The notes under the pieces are model-generated. The model worked only from the letters and a program-made list of their open reading frames with translations, was not told the DNA's origin and did not search any database. The translations under genes were made by a program, and so were the position numbers. Shown here piece after piece: positions 1-19,944 of a stretch of 64,000 nt of DNA (positions within the stretch are counted from its first letter, which is position 1; each line of letters opens with the position of its first letter). Origin of the DNA: the human T2T-CHM13v2.0 reference genome, Homo sapiens. The stretch lies in the NCBI RefSeq assembly GCF_009914755.1, contig NC_060925.1, one strand, 5' to 3'.

Positions 1-435
1 TTGCCCTGGGTACAATATGGAGAACAGATTATAAGGCAATAAGACTGTAGGGGAGCAATATGAAGAAGCAGTTACTTACCCAGCATGATAAGGGCTATGG
101 TAGAAGACATACTCCATGCTCTGGGAAATCAGAAGAGGAGTGCCTAACCCAGAACTGGAATCTCAGCCTAGGCTAAAGTAAGAGTTTGAATTATCATGGT
201 GAAGAAGCTGGGATGAGTTTTCCCAACAGATGGGGGTAGGGCAAAGGCACTGAAGTATGTCAGAACATGACTTTCTTCAGAGAACTGCAAGTAACTTTTT
301 ATTGTTAGACTACAGAATATTAAGGGTAAATTGAGAAATGTAGCTGGAAAGCATCTAGCGTTCAAGTCTTCCTCCTATTAAATATTGCCTTAGACTGGGA
401 TGACCATACTCTTTATTATCTCCACCAGACACTTT

Positions 436-1127
<692 letters not shown>

Positions 1128-1340
1128 AGGGCTGAGACTTTTGAAAGTGAAGGAAGGTACTATCCATAATTAACAGGTATCCATGGAGACTTTTTACCTA
1201 AGCAGGGATGTGTCATTATCTACACTGGCTTATTCCACTTCTTTAATACCTCTGCAGATACCTGGACGGGTATTTTGCAAAATATAAAGGAAGCCTCACT
1301 CATATGGTCAGTTCTATCTATATCTCTTCTATTTTCTTAG

Positions 1341-1456
1341 GTCTCTCTGCTCCCTGGTGTGTAAGTGGACATATTCAGCAGAGAAAGGCTGGGACGACAG
1401 TTTCTGGAAAATGATTGGTTTGGAAGACTTTGTTGCAGATAATTACAGCAAAATAG
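1341..1456 (+). CDS. FGGY: FGGY coding exon (116 nt; probably exon 6)
   Basis: Acceptor 'tatctcttctattttcttag|G' and donor 'ATAG|gtaaaa'. Translates as (R)[38 protein letters not shown](G), recognised as FGGY-family pentulose kinase sequence. Ends in phase 1, matching the next exon. Confidence 0.96.
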
Positions 1457-1707
1457 GTAAAAGAATAAAACATCTGTAGAGTGATTATGTGCATTGGAGG
1501 ATCTTGATGGGTTTGTTGTTATTGTGGTTTGTATGTTTCTTGTTTTTGTATGCATGAAAATACAGGAATGAAGTTCACTTTTTCCAAGACAAATGAGTTA
1601 ATTATGATGGGTAGGCCATGACTAGTAGGCTCTTGCCTTAAGATTTATATGAACTGAGTAGAGATACATGCTATGAAAATCTGCATTGAAATATAGAATC
1701 AGAAATT

Positions 1708-2011
1708 GCGCTGGGCATGGTGGCTCACACCTGTAATCCCAGCACTTTGGGAACTGAGGCAGGCAGATTGCTTGAGCCCAGGAGTTCGGGACCAGTCTGG
1801 GCAACATGGTAAAACCCCATTTCTACAAGAAAAATACAAATGTTAGCCTGGCCTCGTGCATATGTCTGTAGTGTCAGCTACTCCGGAGGCTGAGGTGGGG
1901 GGATTGCTTGAGCCTGGGAGGCAGAGGAGGTTGCAGTGAGCTGAGATCGTGCCACTGCATGCAGCTTGGGCAACAGACAGAGCAGAACTCTGTTTTGAGG
2001 GGGAAAAAAAA
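1708..2011 (+). mobile_element. AluJ-like
   Basis: Dimeric Alu with J-type 'gcttgagcccaggagttc' and a short A tail. Confidence 0.92.
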
Positions 2012-5000
2012 ATGGGCTAGACTGAGGAAGATATTTGCAAGGAGCAGCTTGGGAATAGCATACTCAAGGGGCTGTGTATGGACTGCTTCCAGTCAGTACT
2101 ACGAAAATAATTTTACAAATTAGGTTCACAGGACAAGGCAAGGCTGTGAACAGGTAAAAAATAAAGCTAAAAGATCAATATTAGAAAATCTAGAAAAAAG
2201 CAGAAACTAGAACGAGTCAGTGGCTCCTAACTAAGGCCTTAGGGTCTCAGACTAAGGCCTTTTATGTGGGTGGTAAAGTACATCTTCTATGTCCCAAGCA
2301 CATTTCTCTGTGCTTGTATGTACCTTGTTTTATATATTTCTCACAACTACTGACAAAAGCACTGTTGCATGTTTACAGATGAGAATCAGAGAGATTAGTA
2401 ACCTTGCCTAACCTGGCATGGAATCAATAAATGGTAAGTCAGGATCGAAATTCTCCCAATGGGAGGACCTAGAAGGAACTAATATTTTACTGGAACACAA
2501 ATTTCAGCTTCAGTTACCTAATGGTTTAAGTGATTTGTAAAATGTATATGCCCTCCAAAAAATTAGTTGTTTTTTGCTGAATATTCCCATGGTATGTTGT
2601 TAAACATAGCTTTATTAGTGTATATATTGATTACCTGTATATGTGTCTTGATTCCTCACTAGACTGTGAGCTGTTTGACATAAGGATTTTCACTTATTTA
2701 CCTTTGTATTTCCTGTCCTAGCACAAGGCATGGCATATTTTCATATCTCAGTGACTTTTTGATTAAAATATTGAGATGCTTGGTACTAGGAGGTTGGCAC
2801 TCTTTCCTTTAAAAATCTGTAATGATATTTACTGATTTTAACATTATCTTTGGCAATTGGGTATAACTTCAACTCTGATTTTCTGATTATTTTTATATTT
2901 TTCTGCTCCTCTTTCCTGCCTCACACATGACACATGTTTAATTAGTATATTAGCTCTGCTAACGTAGCAGTATCTACAAGAAATATTCATTAGAAGTCCA
3001 TAATGTTAATCTAGCAGAAAATTTCCAGAGTAACTTTATTAGATTTTTTCCCTGTTAAGTTAATGGATTTTTAATGGATTTCCTAAGGAGACATATCATT
3101 AAGCAGAATATTGCTGTACGTGAATTAGAACTTACCCATTTATCAAAATTAATTGTGTGATGTTTCCTTTGATTTTCGCTTCTGGACACTTGAGCTTGTA
3201 GTTTCAGTCTGAACCCAAAGTAGAAGATATTTAAGAGGCTGTTTATTCTCAGTTGTGACTTTCAGAAACTCCTCTGGAAGCTACCTCTAGACATTCTTTA
3301 GCAATTCTTGGAACTATGAAAGATGAATCTCAGAAGCCTCCCTATGAAGTGTTAAACATTTCCAGTGGCCTCATTGCCCGTCAAGATGTGGGCAATATAG
3401 TGTGAAACCTTTTAGCAGATTTGAGCATTGAGCGTCCTGGATTTGAGCATTAATACAATTACCATAATTTGCTCCATGTGGAGCTTTTAGCCAAGCCTTT
3501 ACCAGGCTTCCTGGGCCCATGCAGTAAATAAATGCTTTCCCTGAAAACTGAACACCTCAGCAACTGATGGTCTTATGGAGGAATATTTTTAAAATGAATT
3601 ATTTATGAAGTGTAAGTTAAGGATCAAATGCAATATTTATATGGTGCATTTCAAGGACAGGAGAAAAAATTTACAGGGTTTTAAGTAATAACATGCAAGT
3701 TTCTAAAGCTAAAATGTTACTACCTAATGCCTTCTTTCAAGGAGGTATTTGGATGGCTTGGTTTGGGAACATTCACAAAGTAAGGAAAAATAGTTTTGTG
3801 CATCAAAAGAATATAGTAGAAATTTCTTTACAATTGAATAGAAATTTCTTTACAGTTGAAACTGTACAAGTTGACTTAATGTTCAGAATTGATGGAGAAA
3901 AATGAAACAGATTTTGGGTAGGAGATTATATAGCCCTACTGACAAAATGATCTGTGTTCAATGAAATGATCCAACAAACTGATCTGTGTCAATAAATTTT
4001 GACCTTTAATTCCACATGAATAATTCCCCAGTTACCTATCTAATCCTAAACATCTATCAAAAGCAAACAGGAAGGAAGAGATCAGCAGGGAGAAAGGACC
4101 TTAGGAAGATAAGCAACATCCCACCTGTTCTAATTGATTATCCAGGTGCCATTTCAGCATGCCGCGGTTGCCTTTTTAATTCCTGGGAAAATCTCTTTGT
4201 TCTACTATTGGGGTAGCCCACTTTATGAAAAGTCGTGTGTGCAACATGGCTGAATTATAGAGTGATTATCTGCATTACTAACAGGGTTTGTCATATAAAG
4301 GGATTCAGTGTATTAGCTTATAGATCATTCCTTTATTTGGGACCAGGGAAGCCAGGCAAAGAAAAATGTAAATTCCAAGTCCAGGAAGTTAGTAAGTGTT
4401 AAGTGAGAGGCAGAAATGAAGATAAAGGGCAGGAGACAGTTTCTTGAGTGGAGGGAGGCTGCTTTTTAAATGGGTTTCCTCGACCCGGGAAGCACAAGGG
4501 GTGGGGGAGATTTCCCTTTCCTAGACAAGGGAAGCCATGACAGACTGTATCTGGAAAATCGGGACACTGCCGCCCAAATACTGGGCTTTTCCAACAGTCT
4601 TAGCAAACGGCACACCAGGAGATTATATCCTGCGCCTGGCTCGGCGGGTCCCATGCCCAGGGAGCCTTGCTCTCACTGCTAGCACAGCAGTCCGAGATCG
4701 AACTGCAAGGTGGCAGTGAGGCCAGGGGAGAGGCTTCCACCATTGCTGAGGCTTGAGTAGGTAAACAGAGCAGCTCGGAAGCTCGAACTGGGTGCAGCCC
4801 ACCACAGCTCATCTAGGCCTCCCTGCCTCTGTAGACCCCACCACTGGGGGCACGGCGTAGCTGAACAAAAGGCAGCAGAAACCTCTGCAGTCTTAAACGT
4901 TCCTGTCTGACAGCTCTGAAGAGAGCAGTGGTTCTCCCAGCACAGTGTTTGAGCTCTGAGAACTGGACAGACTGCCTCCTCAAGTGGGTCCCTCACCCCC

Positions 5001-5334
5001 GTGTAGCCTAAATAGGAGACACCTCCCAGTAGGGGCCGACTGACATCTCATACAGCTGGGTGCCCCTCTGGGATGAAGCTTCCAGAGGAAGGATCAGGCA
5101 GCAATATTTGCTGTTCTGCAGTATTTGTTGTTCTGCAGCCTCCGCTGGTAATACCCAGGCAAACTGTCTGGAGTGGACCTCCAGCAAATTCCACTTTATG
5201 AAAATTCCTGCAGCTGAGGAACCTGGCTGTTAGAAGGAACTCTAACAAACAGAAAGGAATAGCATCAACATCAACAAAAAGGACATCCACAACAAAACCA
5301 TCATCAAAGACCAAAGGTAGATAAAACTATAAAG

Positions 5335-7800
<2,466 letters not shown>

Positions 7801-7863
7801 AGACCATCGATGCTAGGAAGCAACTGCATCAACTAACGGGCAAAATAACCAGCTTACATCATA

Positions 7864-11676
<3,813 letters not shown>

Positions 11677-12235
11677 ACGATGAGAACACTTGGACACAGG
11701 GTGGGGAATATACACCAGGGCCTGTCGTGGGGTGGGGGAATGGGGGAGGGATAGCATTAGAATAAATATCTAATGTAAATGACAAGTTAATGGGTGCAGC
11801 AAACCAACATGGCATATGTATACATATGTAACAAACCTGCATGTTGTGCACATGTACCTTAGAACTTAAAGTATAATAAAAAAAAAACATACAAACCTAT
11901 TATACTTTTCCCTTCTTAAATTTATCCCTTTCTTTGATCTTACATTTCCCTGTAGGCTACATCTTGTTACTGTAATTCCTTTTATTATAGAGTTACTACA
12001 ATAATTGTCTTTTACTGCCTCTACTTCCTATGATGACATTACAGTTACACTTTCTTCCCCACCACTGTACTGAAATTAAAAAAATAATAATAAAATGGAT
12101 TTCCTCCATCCCTATGAGACTGTACTTTGGGTGTCAGATGACAAAAACACAGTCACTTGGCACATTTTAGATACTGATGAAATATTCATTGAATGAGTTA
12201 ATATATGTTTGAATTAAGGATTTGATTTTTTTTAA

Positions 12236-12631
<396 letters not shown>

Positions 12632-12970
12632 TAAATAATACTACTAGCTAACAGGCAATGAATGTATTTCCTTAATTCAGTGTTCACTGTCATCTTTCAT
12701 GAACACCTTCTACATAAGACGGGTCCCTGCAGAAGATACACCCTATGTTGAGTGATAGTGCAATTCTATTTCATTCCTGTAGCAAATCTCTCAGAGACTT
12801 TTCTATCTTAGGAAATATCACAGACTCCTTCACAGAAGGAAAACAAGAATTAATCTTAGAAAGGTTGGGCATTTCACTTTTTCATAGAGTAAAATAAACT
12901 GAACATTAAATGAAGCTACACTTTAGATATTTTTGTCATGTAGGCTAAAAATTTGTAAGTAAAGAATCTT

Positions 12971-13272
<302 letters not shown>

Positions 13273-13588
13273 AGGATCTTGACTAATGAACTAATGATAG
13301 GTATATGCTGGGGACATAAATGTGCCAGTGAACAGAGCCACCTCAGGCAAGGGTGCAGTATTGGCTTTGGTCACACTGAATCAAAGTTCAGGGATCTTCT
13401 GCCTCTTGTTGGAATCTGGCTAGACTTTGGAACCTGCACAATACTGACTTATCCACCCACTGGCTGGCCAAGAAGCTGAGACAAAGAGAAAAGAAGCCAC
13501 CTATACTTGCCTGAAGCAAGCTGCACTTGATCAGATTGATTCATGAACTCAGAGCCCACAGGCCTGAGTACAGGTGGCTCAAGAAGAA

Positions 13589-14798
13589 AGTATTAGTTCT
13601 TTTCTGCTGCTATAACAGAATACTTGAGGTTGGGTGATTTATAATCAGCAGAGATTAATTCAGCTCATGGTTCTGGAGGCTGCAGTGCCCAAGGGTGCCG
13701 ATAACTTCTGGGCATCTGATAAGGGCCTTCTTGCTGCATCATCCCATGGCAAAGGGTGCAAGAGTGTGGGACTGCACACACAAGAATGAGAGAGGGCAAG
13801 AGGGGGCTTGGCTTTATCAGAAGTGCCTCCTAAGACAATGGCATTAATCCATTCATGAGGGCAGAGCCCTCATGGCTTAATCACATCTTAAAAGTCTCAC
13901 CTTTTAATACTGTCATAATGGCAATGAAATTTTAACATGACTTTTTGTTTTAATATGCTGAGCTTTTATTCATATTTTTTTTTAACTTTTAAGTTCAAGG
14001 GTAGAAGTGCAGTTTTGTTACATAGGTAAACTTGTGTCATGGGGGTTTGTTTTACATATTATTTTGTCACCCAGGTATTAAGCCTAGTACCCGTTATTTT
14101 TCCTGATCCTCTTCCTCCTCCCACCCTTTGTCCTCCACCCTCCCAAAGGACCCAGTGTGTGTTATCCCCCTCATTGTGTCCGTGTGTTCTCATTCTTTAG
14201 TTCCCACTTAAAAGTGAGAACATGTGATATTTGGTTTTCTGTTCCTGTGTTAGTTGCTAAGAATGATGGCCTCTAGCTCCATCCATGTCCCTGCAAAGGA
14301 CATGATCTTGTTCTTTTTTTATGGCTGCATAATAGTCCATGGTGTACATGTACCACATTTTCTTTATCCAGTCTACCATTGATGGGCATTTAGGTTGATT
14401 CCATGTCTTTGCTATTGTGAACAGTGCTGCAGTGAACATACATGTACATGTGTCTTTATAATAGAATGATCTATATTCTTTGGGGTATATACCCAGTAAT
14501 GAGATTTCTGGGTCAGATGGTATTTCCATCTTTAGGTCTTTGAGGAATCGCCACATTGTCTTCCACAATGGCTGAACTATTTCACACTCCCACCAACAGT
14601 GTATCAACAGCGTTTAAGTATTCCCTTTTCTTCACAACCTCACCAGCATCTGTTATTTTTTGACTTTTTAATAGCCATTCTGACTGGTGTGAGATGGTAT
14701 CTCATTGTGGTTTTGATTTGCATTTCTCTAATGATCAGTGATGTTGACCTTTTTTTCATATCAATATGACTTCTGAAGGGGACATTCAAACCATCACA
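13589..14798 (-). mobile_element. MaLR LTR (MST/MLT1A-like) split by an L1 insertion
   Basis: Starts 'gtattagttc...ctgctataacagaatac' and resumes after the L1 with 'ggggacattcaaaccatcaca'. Confidence 0.75.
13945..14760 (-). mobile_element. L1PA (about PA10-13) 3' fragment
   Basis: Antisense L1 3'UTR and ORF2 C-terminus (ORF 14257-14607: [21 protein letters not shown]...). Degenerate TSD aacatgactt / aatatgactt. Confidence 0.9.
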
Positions 14799-15438
14799 GA
14801 GATACATGCCAAGCCTTCATGAACTCCACTTCAGGACTGTGGCCCCACTTCCCATTTAACACGGCCTCATGGATACTATTATACAATCTTTTCAGTCTCA
14901 GGGATCCAGCTAAGTGATTCCTTCTCCCATGGATGGAATAAGGGAGATTATAAAAGCAGGAAATGGGAGCATTCACACCAATACTACCTCATTTTAGGGG
15001 AAAGAAGAGGAAATTCCCTTTTGTAAACAAACCATAGAGGTTTCCACCAACAACATGCATTATGTCCAGTGCTGGAAGCCTGAATCCAGTGATGCCATCC
15101 ATAGTTGTGGGTGTTGTAAAATCCTTTTAGAGCAATTAATATTCAATGTTCTGAATTTTTCCAGTAAAAGTGGACATGTTTACAAGGATTCATGTCTTCA
15201 TTCTTTATAGTGTGTGGCTTGTTTTTCATTTTGATTTGAATGAGCCATATAATTCAGTTATTTCTGTCCTCAGAGCTTTGCTGAAGTGCTGCTTCATCTT
15301 TGTATCATGTGATATAAGTGCCAATTTTACTAATTTATATTGAGAGCTCTGGAGAAATCTTTAACTACAGGTAATCCCAGCCTTTTCTAGGTTAAATGGG
15401 GCCCATCACACCATTACCTCCCCTCTCCTGAGGGAGGC

Positions 15439-15792
15439 TTATATGGTTTGCCTCTGCATCCCCACCCAAATCTCATCTCAAATTGTAATCCACACATATA
15501 TCAAGGGGGAGACTTGGTGGGAGGTGATTAGATCCTGGGGGCTGTTTCCCCAATGCTGTTCTCTTGATAGTGAAGGAGTTCTCAGAGATCTGGTTGTTTG
15601 ATAAATGTTTGGCATTTTCCCTGCTTGTTCTTGCTCTCTCCTGCCTTCCTTCCCCCTCTCCTTCCACCATGATTCTAAGTTTCCTGAGGCCTCCCAAGCC
15701 AGGTGGAATGGTGAGTCAATTAAACCTCTTTTCTTCATAAATTACACAGTCTCAGGTATTTCTTTATAGCAATGTGAAGATGGAGTAATATA
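15439..15792 (+). mobile_element. MaLR solo LTR (MST/THE1-like)
   Basis: 'atatggtttg...cccacccaaatctcatctc' to '...taatata'; 5-bp TSD gaggc (15434-15438, 15793-15797). Confidence 0.9.
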
Positions 15793-16328
15793 GAGGCCAT
15801 CCCTGTGGGTACTCTGGACTGAGATTTGCTTTTGCCTGTCACCCTGAGCTTTTGATCTTACCTTATCCTCTTATTATCCTTCTCTTCCCTGTCTAAGTGA
15901 CAGAACCAGGTCTTCACAGTACTTGAAGGCAAGTACCTATCCTCTGAGTATTGATGCCTTATTTTACTCTTTAGTATCGAATTTCTGCCTGATAAAGAAT
16001 GACTTGGAGGTCTCCATGCCAGTTAGCCATCCATCCAGTCATGCATCCAGCCAACCACACTCCCCAAGTGTCTCCTGTGTGCCAGGTGCTGGGCTAAGTC
16101 CTAGGGATACAAAAGTGAATTCATCATGGTCTATCCCTTTGGGGATCTCATGTCTACTAGGGGTAGGGGCAGGTAAATGAATCAGTAATCTCAAGGTTTT
16201 TCAGTAACTCTACAGATGTCCAAGATGCCATGGAGAAGCAGAGCAGGCAGTCACTGGCACTGGTGGTGGTATCAAGGAAATTTTCTCATGAGGTGGCATT
16301 TTATGTGTCTGGAAAATTGGAGTGGTAG

Positions 16329-17872
16329 TGAGAAGTGACAGCGTGCTGGCAGTCCTCACAGCCCTCGCTCGCTCTCCGCGCCTCCTCTGCCTGGGCTCCC
16401 ACTTTGGCGGCACTTGAGCCCTTCAGCCCGCCGCTGCACTGTGGGAGCCCCTTTCTGGGCTGGCCAAGGCCGGAGCCGGCCCCCTCAGCTTGCGGGGAGG
16501 TGTGGAAGGAGAGGCGCGGGCGGGAACCGGGGCTGCGCGCAGTGCTTGCGGGCCAGCGTGAGTTCCGGGTGGGTGTGGGCTCGGCGGACCCCGCACTTGG
16601 AGCGGTCGGCCGGCTCCACCGGCCCAGGGCAGTGAGGGGCTTAGCACCTGGGCCAGCAGCTGCTGTGCTCAATTTCTCGAGGGGCCTTAGCTGCCTTCCC
16701 GCGGGGCAGGGCTCGGAACCTGCAGCCCGCCATGCCTGAGCCTCCCCCTGTTCCGTGGGCTCCTGTGGGGCCCGAGCCTCCCTGACGAGCGCCGCCCCCT
16801 GCTCCACGGAGCCTAGTCCCATCGACCACCCAAGGGCTGAGGAATGCGGGCGCACGGCGCGGGACTGGCAGGCAGCTCCACCTGCAGCCCCGGTGCGGGA
16901 TCCACTGGGTGAAGCCAGCTGGGCTCCTGAGTCTGGTGGGGACATGGAGAACCTTTATGTCTAGATCAGGGATTGTAAATACACCAATTGGCACTCTGTA
17001 TCTAGGTCAAGGTTTGTAAACACACCAATCGGCACCCTGTGTCTAGCTCAGGGTTTGCGAATGCACCAGTCCACACTCTGTATCTAGCTACTCTGGTGGG
17101 GACTTGGAGAACCTTTGTGTGGACACTCTGTATCTAGCTAATCTGGTGGGGAGGTGGAGAACTTTTGTGTCTAGCTCAGGGATTGTAAATACACCAATCG
17201 GCTCTCTGTATCTAGCTGAAGGTTTGTAAACACACCAATCAGCACCCAGTGTCTAGCTCAGGGTTTGTGAATGCACCAATCAACACTCTGTATCTAGCTA
17301 CTCTGGTGGGGACTTGGAGAACCTTTGTGTCTAGCTCAGGGATTGTAAACGCACCAATCAGCACTCTGTCAAAACAGACCACTCGGCTCTACCAATCAGC
17401 AGGTTGTGGGTGGGGCCAGATAAGAGAATAAAAGTAGGCTGCCCGAGCCAGCAGTGGCAACCCACTCGGGTCCCCTTCCACACTGTGGAAGCTTTGTTCT
17501 TTCTCTCTTTGCAATAAATCTTGCTGCTGCTCACTCTTTGGGTCCACTTTGCCTTTATGAGCTGTAACACTCACTGCAAAGGTCTGCAGCTTCACTCCTG
17601 AAGCCAGCGAGACCACGAACCCACCGGGAGGAACGAACAACTCCAGACGCGCCGGCTTAAGAGCTGTAACACTCACCGCGAAGGTCCGCAGCTTCACTCC
17701 TGAGCCAGCGAGACCACGAACCCACCAGAAGGAAGAAACTCCGAACACATCTGAACATCAGAAGGAACAAACTCCGGACACGCCACCTTTAAGAACTGTA
17801 ACACTCACCGTGAGGGTCCGCGGCTTCATTCTTGAAGTCAGTGAGACCAAGAACCCAGCAATTCTGGACACA
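16329..17872 (+). mobile_element. LTR12C (ERV9) solo LTR, 1544 bp
   Basis: Starts 'tgagaagtgacagcgtgctggcagtcctc' and ends 'attctggacaca'; 4-bp TSD gtag on both sides. GC/CpG-rich 5' part, tandem CCAAT-containing U3 repeats and U5 tandem repeats. Confidence 0.96.
16960..17460 (+). promoter_or_regulatory. LTR12C U3 enhancer/promoter: repeated CCAAT (NF-Y) boxes, GC box and AATAAAA TATA-like element
   Basis: Multiple 'caccaat' units, 'gtgggtggggcc', 'agataag' (GATA) and 'gaataaaag' near 17426. Function is inferred from known LTR12 behaviour, not shown for this copy. Confidence 0.6.
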
Positions 17873-19944
17873 GTAGTTTACCAGAAAAGAGGGGAAATGG
17901 CTTCCAAGGCAGAAGAAACAGTGCAGGCACAGACATGGAGGCATGGAAGAGTGCAGAGTGTGTGTGAACTGTTGGGTGTGGCCAGAGCATAGTGGACCTG
18001 AAGCAAGGTGGAGAGGAGTAGTTGTGGGCAAGATAGAGTTTATGGGGGGCTAGTTTCTGATGGAACTTCTAACTTTCCTCAAAGATGGGGCCACCGATTA
18101 GAGACTCAACATGGCAGGAGTCACTCTATTCCTTTCAAGAGATGGTTCTAATTACTACTCCTGCCAATGCAGTAAATAACACTTGAGGGCAGTAGGAGCC
18201 ATTTTAGAATATTTGTGGCTCCTATGAAGCTGTTTGTGTGTCGGGGCAGGTGGCAAGCCCATTTCTTTTCTTTTCTAAAGTCACATACCTTGCCCCTTAG
18301 CTATCCTCCCTTCCATAAAGGTTTGTTGTGAAGCTGGAATGTGATATCAGATGTCACAGGGCAGTGTGGTTTACGAAGCCTGTAGAAATGTTCTTACCAA
18401 CTGTAAGTACACCTTGGCACCTGGAGGACAAGAATATTCACTCCTGCATCACTCTGTTCCAACTGTGTTCACACTCCTTAGATTCGCAGAAGGACTGTTT
18501 TCAGCTGCTGGCCCTTCCAGGAATAGCCCTAAAGAGCCAGAAGGGCAAAGGAGTAACATTGACCACATCATGGTGATACAAGGTAATAACTTTCAGAGGT
18601 TTTGCTGTGGAAATGTTCCTCCTTTCAATACGGCATCTGAAAGATAATTGGAAGTCCCCCAAAAGTGAGGTCACCCCCAACTTCTCTTCCTACTGCTGGA
18701 GAATCAGCGATTGTCAGAGCTGAAAGGGATCATAGAGATTTTACTGTAATGCACTCATTTTATAGACAAAAAACTGAGACTCAGGGATGTGAGGTGAATT
18801 TCCTTGGTCCTGCAGCATTTTAATGACAGAAATGAGACCAGAAACCAGGTCTTCTGACTCTTAGTCCTGTGGTGGTTCTACTCCTTCCTGCCACTTCTCC
18901 TGTTTGAGTTTTTTGGCAATGTGAGGACATTTAGCCAATCTGGATACTGACATTTGAATGAAGCTAACCACTAGAAGAATGTCAAGGAGGGAACGATTTA
19001 CATAGGTAAATTTACCCAATCCATTGTCCAATCTTCAGTCATGCAAATGTAGGAACTGGACTTTGCCCAAGTCAGAGACCTTTGGATCTAGGAACACACT
19101 GATCAAGCCCTTAAGTGACTGATGTAGATAAACGAGAATAAATAAGTAATAAGTTCACAGTTGCCTATGGTAATAGTTAAGAGATTGGTCACCAGGGTCA
19201 GATGGACTTGACTTCAATTCTGACTGTCATCTGTAATGAAATTTCTGCCATATGTAACTTTGGGTGAGTTACTTGATCTTTCTCAGCCTCAATTAGTATA
19301 TTATGAAGATTAGTAAGTATATCATGAGGATGAAAGGTAATAATGCAGGTAAAGTTCCTAGCATACAATAGGTCTTCAGAAAATGAAAGTTCTTACTACT
19401 ATAATGATTGTCCATTCCTCTGAATTCAGATTTCTCTCTAGGTGATAGATTATCTGCCAAAGACCATAACCCCTTGAATAATCCCAGGTAATTATTGCCA
19501 ACTTCTAGATTTGGAATTTTTCCTTTTTTCTGAGCTTCTTCCTTGGATTCACACAACCTTTTTCCAACCAAGATACAATAAGATTAATTAGATTTCTGCT
19601 TCTAAATTATAATCACATTTCATAATCACAAACCTTCCTTGAGAGGCATCTTAATTGGAATTAAGGGTTTTCCTGAATTCGTCAGGTCCACATGACTGGC
19701 AATCTTTAGCTTTTTTTCCATGAATAGAGGGGTGCATATCCACAGGCAAATAAAAAAAATACAGGATATGTTGGTTAACAATTAACTAGTTAATTAATAA
19801 TGGCTAATGTTCCTACAGTGCTTTACAACTTAGAAGAGTTTTTCTTTTCATGCACTATTGTGCTTTTTTCTTCCACCAAACTTGTAAAATAGGTTTGATT
19901 TCAGTTTTACACTTGGGGAAGCCAGGATTGATGAGCTTTGGTCT

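Larger units (their letters stand above)
16020..18100 (-). mobile_element. L2 remnant hosting the LTR12C
   Basis: 'tgtgtgccaggtgctgggctaagtcctagggatacaaaagtgaa' before the LTR and purine-rich L2-like sequence after it; boundaries approximate. Confidence 0.5.

Noticed and set aside
4482-5334. Source of the reported tumour 'L1-FGGY' chimeric transcript
   Set aside because: It cannot be assigned from sequence. This copy's antisense promoter would fire opposite to FGGY, and its ORF0-type donors are not GT.
16210-16994. Overlapping long ORFs (up to 214 aa) on both strands
   Set aside because: They lie almost entirely in the GC-rich, stop-poor part of LTR12C and show no recognisable protein features.
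16960-17830. Regularly spaced repeats resembling a CRISPR array
   Set aside because: These are the normal U3/U5 tandem repeats of LTR12. There are no unique spacers or cas genes, and the DNA is human.
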